From a virus, in the IMG/VR virus record IMGVR_UViG_3300025855_000003: a stretch of DNA of 34,094 nt; one strand, 5' to 3'. How positions within the stretch are numbered: the stretch's first letter is position 1; the number at the start of each line of letters is the position of its first letter. Shown one piece after another: positions 31,826 to 34,094 of this stretch. Under the pieces are notes generated by a model, which was given only the letters and a program-made list of their open reading frames with translations, ran no database searches and was not told where the DNA came from. A program made the position numbers and the translations under genes.

Positions 31826-32544
31826 GCTTTTAAACCCTTCTTTAGAACTTTTTGTCTAATTTCAGCAATCATTTGGATATTTTTAACTCTCTCTTCTTCT
31901 GAGATTTCCAAAATTTCTGGTTGCTTAAAAACCTCTACTTTGAAGATTTTTTTATCTTTAATGGCTCTTCTCACCCAATTTTGAAGAGTTGCTTTATAGT
32001 TGCTATATTTCTTTGCTTTTGAATCGCAATACAAAACAAGATCATCTCTTAAATCTTTAACTGCCTTTAATGAAACCGAATACTGATTGGAAATTTCCTC
32101 GCAAACTTCGTCTGTTAAACTTTTGCGAGAACTATATATATTATTCTTATCATTCTTTACATTCTTGTTTGTGTCCATTTGTTGTTCATCTGTTGTTTTT
32201 TTGTTGTCGGATTGACTGTCGAAACCTTGATAATCACTCCAGTTTTTGATTGAAATAACAGAGTATTTACTACTTGGAATAATGTCGATGTAGCTGTCGG
32301 ATTTTAGTTGGCAAATCCACCCCCAAACAGTTGACTGTTTCATGCGTAATTCGCCAGAGGCAACTTGACGACCAAAAACAAATTGTCCAGGATTTAATTT
32401 AACTAATGATCGACCAACATATTGCTCATAACCGCTATGAGTAGCCTTTAGAAGGCACCAAACCCATACTTTTAAGCCTTTTTCACTAGAAAAGATCGGG
32501 CTATTAAGCAATTTCCGATAGAGTTTTATCCACCCTTGTTCCAT
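31822..32544 (-). CDS. Phage replisome organizer / DnaD-like replication initiator
   Basis: The N-terminus MEQGWIKLYRKLLNSPIF...LKVWVWCLLKA is the characteristic opening of phage replication-organizer N-terminal domains. It is followed by a low-complexity linker and a C-terminal helical domain. Confidence 0.7.
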   Translation of the reverse strand: MEQGWIKLYRKLLNSPIFSSEKGLKVWVWCLLKATHSGYEQYVGRSLVKLNPGQFVFGRQVASGELRMKQSTVWGWICQLKSDSYIDIIPSSKYSVISIKNWSDYQGFDSQSDNKKTTDEQQMDTNKNVKNDKNNIYSSRKSLTDEVCEEISNQYSVSLKAVKDLRDDLVLYCDSKAKKYSNYKATLQNWVRRAIKDKKIFKVEVFKQPEILEISEEERVKNIQMIAEIRQKVLKKGLKA

Positions 32545-32546
32545 AG

Positions 32547-33011
32547 TTAAGTTAGATATTTACTAAATAAATAATCTTTGTTTTCTTTGATGATTACTGC
32601 TGTTTCTGTCGTTATATCTGTTGGATTAACTCTTGAAACTTTATAACGAGATTGTTTCCCTAGACCGCTTCTTTGAATGTTTATTTCAAAAGTGAGTTTG
32701 TTTTCTTGCTTGCCGATGATGCAGATTTCATCTCCCACTTGTGGACCAACTGATAAAACCTTTACATCACCTGTTTTTGGAGAATAAACGATCCACTTAT
32801 ATCTAAGTTTGGCTTCATTCCCCTTCCTGCATTGAGGGCATTTTGAGTCTTCTGTACAAGTTCCCATTGGAATGTATTTCCCATTGCTTAAAACAATTCC
32901 ATGTTCGTAACATATGACTCCTTCACTCACTATTCGCAAGCGATTGTCTCCTTGTTCTAATTTAAGAAAATGAGTTGGTTTAACGTAGGTTTTGTAGTCA
33001 ATTATTCTCAT
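32547..33011 (-). CDS. Putative ssDNA-binding protein with a Zn site (gp32-like arrangement)
   Basis: 154 aa with the spacing H37-x13-C51-x5-C57-x2-C60, resembling the T4 gp32 His/Cys3 zinc site. It is beta-rich and adjacent to the replication initiator. Confidence 0.4.
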   Translation of the reverse strand: MRIIDYKTYVKPTHFLKLEQGDNRLRIVSEGVICYEHGIVLSNGKYIPMGTCTEDSKCPQCRKGNEAKLRYKWIVYSPKTGDVKVLSVGPQVGDEICIIGKQENKLTFEINIQRSGLGKQSRYKVSRVNPTDITTETAVIIKENKDYLFSKYLT

Positions 33012-33229
33012 TATTTGATCTCCGGTATTCCTGGCACCATTTGTTTGTGCTGGTCAAATTTTGGTAAAGGATTTAATAATGGTTTTTCAGTTTCAAGTAG
33101 TTCTTGGGCTTGCTTTCTTATTCCTGGCAATTCGTGAACAAACGAGCTAATGTTGAAGTAACTGCCTTCGTGAAGAACTTTTCCTGAATTGTCGGTAACT
33201 GTTAAGTTGTAAATAATTGTTTTTGACAT
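33011..33229 (-). CDS. Hypothetical protein (72 aa from the ATG at 33229)
   Basis: The ATG lies 2 nt after the upstream stop, and the stop overlaps the next ATG (taATG). Confidence 0.5.
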   Translation of the reverse strand: MSKTIIYNLTVTDNSGKVLHEGSYFNISSFVHELPGIRKQAQELLETEKPLLNPLPKFDQHKQMVPGIPEIK

Positions 33230-33231
33230 GG

Positions 33232-33801
33232 CTATTTCTCCAAGTAGGTTTTTTGACCAATAACTTTGGCACAAGTCCAATCTGTAAACTTGTTGCCACG
33301 ATTTTTATATTTCTGATAACCTCGATCGATGTTGTATTTCCAATCTTTGAGTTTTTCGATTTCTTCGGTGTTATTCTCATCAACATTGATTTGCATAACT
33401 CCTACGTCATAGGACCTTCTGCCACTTTTCTGAATGTTTAATGGAGATACTCTTCTTGGATCTAATGTGGAATTTTCACAGATTTTAACCATTGCAATGG
33501 CACTGTCTGCATCATTGCCAAACTTCTCAATCATGTAGGACATGATCTTTTGTTTTTCTGTGAAGTTTTCTTGACCTGAAATAACTACGATTGGTTTGTC
33601 ATATCCTTTAGCTTCAACTAACTGAGGCTTTCGCAAATCTAAAATGCCACCAACAAGCATTGCTATTCCAATAAGTCCAAATGAGGCGAAAAGACCAGCA
33701 ACTCCAAACCATCTTGAACCTTTTATAAAATCATATCCTCCGTTTACTTTTACCCTGCGAGTTCCTTTGTTCCACGCCAAACGAGAACGAGCTTTTTTCA
33801 T
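33232..33801 (-). CDS. Membrane-anchored lytic transglycosylase (SLT domain)
   Basis: It has a basic N-terminus plus a TM segment (WFGVAGLFASFGLIGIAMLVGGIL), followed by SLT motifs: catalytic Glu in KICENSTLDP, then SYDVGVMQIN, then a downstream Y. Confidence 0.8.
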   Translation of the reverse strand: MKKARSRLAWNKGTRRVKVNGGYDFIKGSRWFGVAGLFASFGLIGIAMLVGGILDLRKPQLVEAKGYDKPIVVISGQENFTEKQKIMSYMIEKFGNDADSAIAMVKICENSTLDPRRVSPLNIQKSGRRSYDVGVMQINVDENNTEEIEKLKDWKYNIDRGYQKYKNRGNKFTDWTCAKVIGQKTYLEK

Positions 33802-34025
33802 TGCTGACCTCCATATCTCTCCTCAAGCATCTTCGCGGATGCACTAGAAGTTAACTCCAATCCTTTTGCTATTTCTGCATAGGTTAATGGAGAATGTTTT
33901 CTTAATAGGGAAATTGCTAAAGCTAATTTGTGAGAAACAAACTGAACAGAAAGTTTTGTCTGTGTATCAAGGTAATTTCTTAAGGTTTTTACCTGTTTTT
34001 TGTCTTCAGTGGTATAATTAGACAT
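33798..34025 (-). CDS. Small HTH DNA-binding regulator (first gene of the minus-strand early operon)
   Basis: 75 aa. LTYAEIAKGLELTSSASAKML is a classic helix-turn-helix. The start lies inside the terminal repeat, equivalent to position 58 of the left copy. Confidence 0.65.
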   Translation of the reverse strand: MSNYTTEDKKQVKTLRNYLDTQTKLSVQFVSHKLALAISLLRKHSPLTYAEIAKGLELTSSASAKMLEERYGGQQ

Positions 34026-34094
34026 GTGTTTACTCTTGTTAGTAGAGTCTTCACATGTCTTTCCTCTTTTGGTTTAGATCCTGGCCCGGGATCA
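33968..34094. repeat. Terminal direct repeat, right copy (identical to 1..127)
   Basis: Exact 127-nt identity with the window start. Confidence 0.9.

Overview
The window is a complete, circularly closed genome of an AT-rich tailed phage or prophage. Bases 1-127 are repeated exactly at 33968-34094, so the unit length is 33,967 bp. About 50 genes are tightly packed and almost all read on the minus strand.

Gene order, from high to low coordinate:
- Early region: a small HTH regulator, a membrane-anchored SLT lytic transglycosylase, and a replication module (Zn-containing SSB-like protein, DnaD/replisome-organizer-like protein, wHTH protein, DUF1064 nuclease).
- A run of very small, translationally coupled ORFs, including an FkbM-family methyltransferase.
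- Two glycosyltransferases (GT-B then GT-A), then TerS.
- A TerL encoded as two overlapping ORFs (ATPase, then nuclease).
- Portal, scaffold, and a P22-coat-like major capsid protein.
- An island of opposite-strand membrane/secreted 'moron' genes.
- Two large internal/tail proteins (427 aa and 1827 aa), an adaptor-like protein, a beta-propeller nozzle-like protein and a tail fibre.
- A lysis cassette (CHAP endolysin flanked by two membrane proteins).

A Xer-like tyrosine integrase lies on the plus strand. I found no tRNA, rRNA, CRISPR array, reverse transcriptase, polymerase or helicase.

The most unusual features are:
1. A family of six near-identical 'CGTAAC box + GC hairpin + U-tract' elements, each placed directly in front of a late gene block.
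2. A ~170-nt duplicated twin-hairpin intergenic module; the hairpin sites tend to sit beside opposite-strand insertions.
3. A TerL split between its ATPase and nuclease domains.
4. A GT-B/GT-A pair wired into the late (packaging/virion) transcription unit.
5. Plus-strand genes that lack Shine-Dalgarno sequences, whereas the minus-strand backbone genes have them.

All functional calls rest on motifs read by eye and on gene order. No database search was possible.
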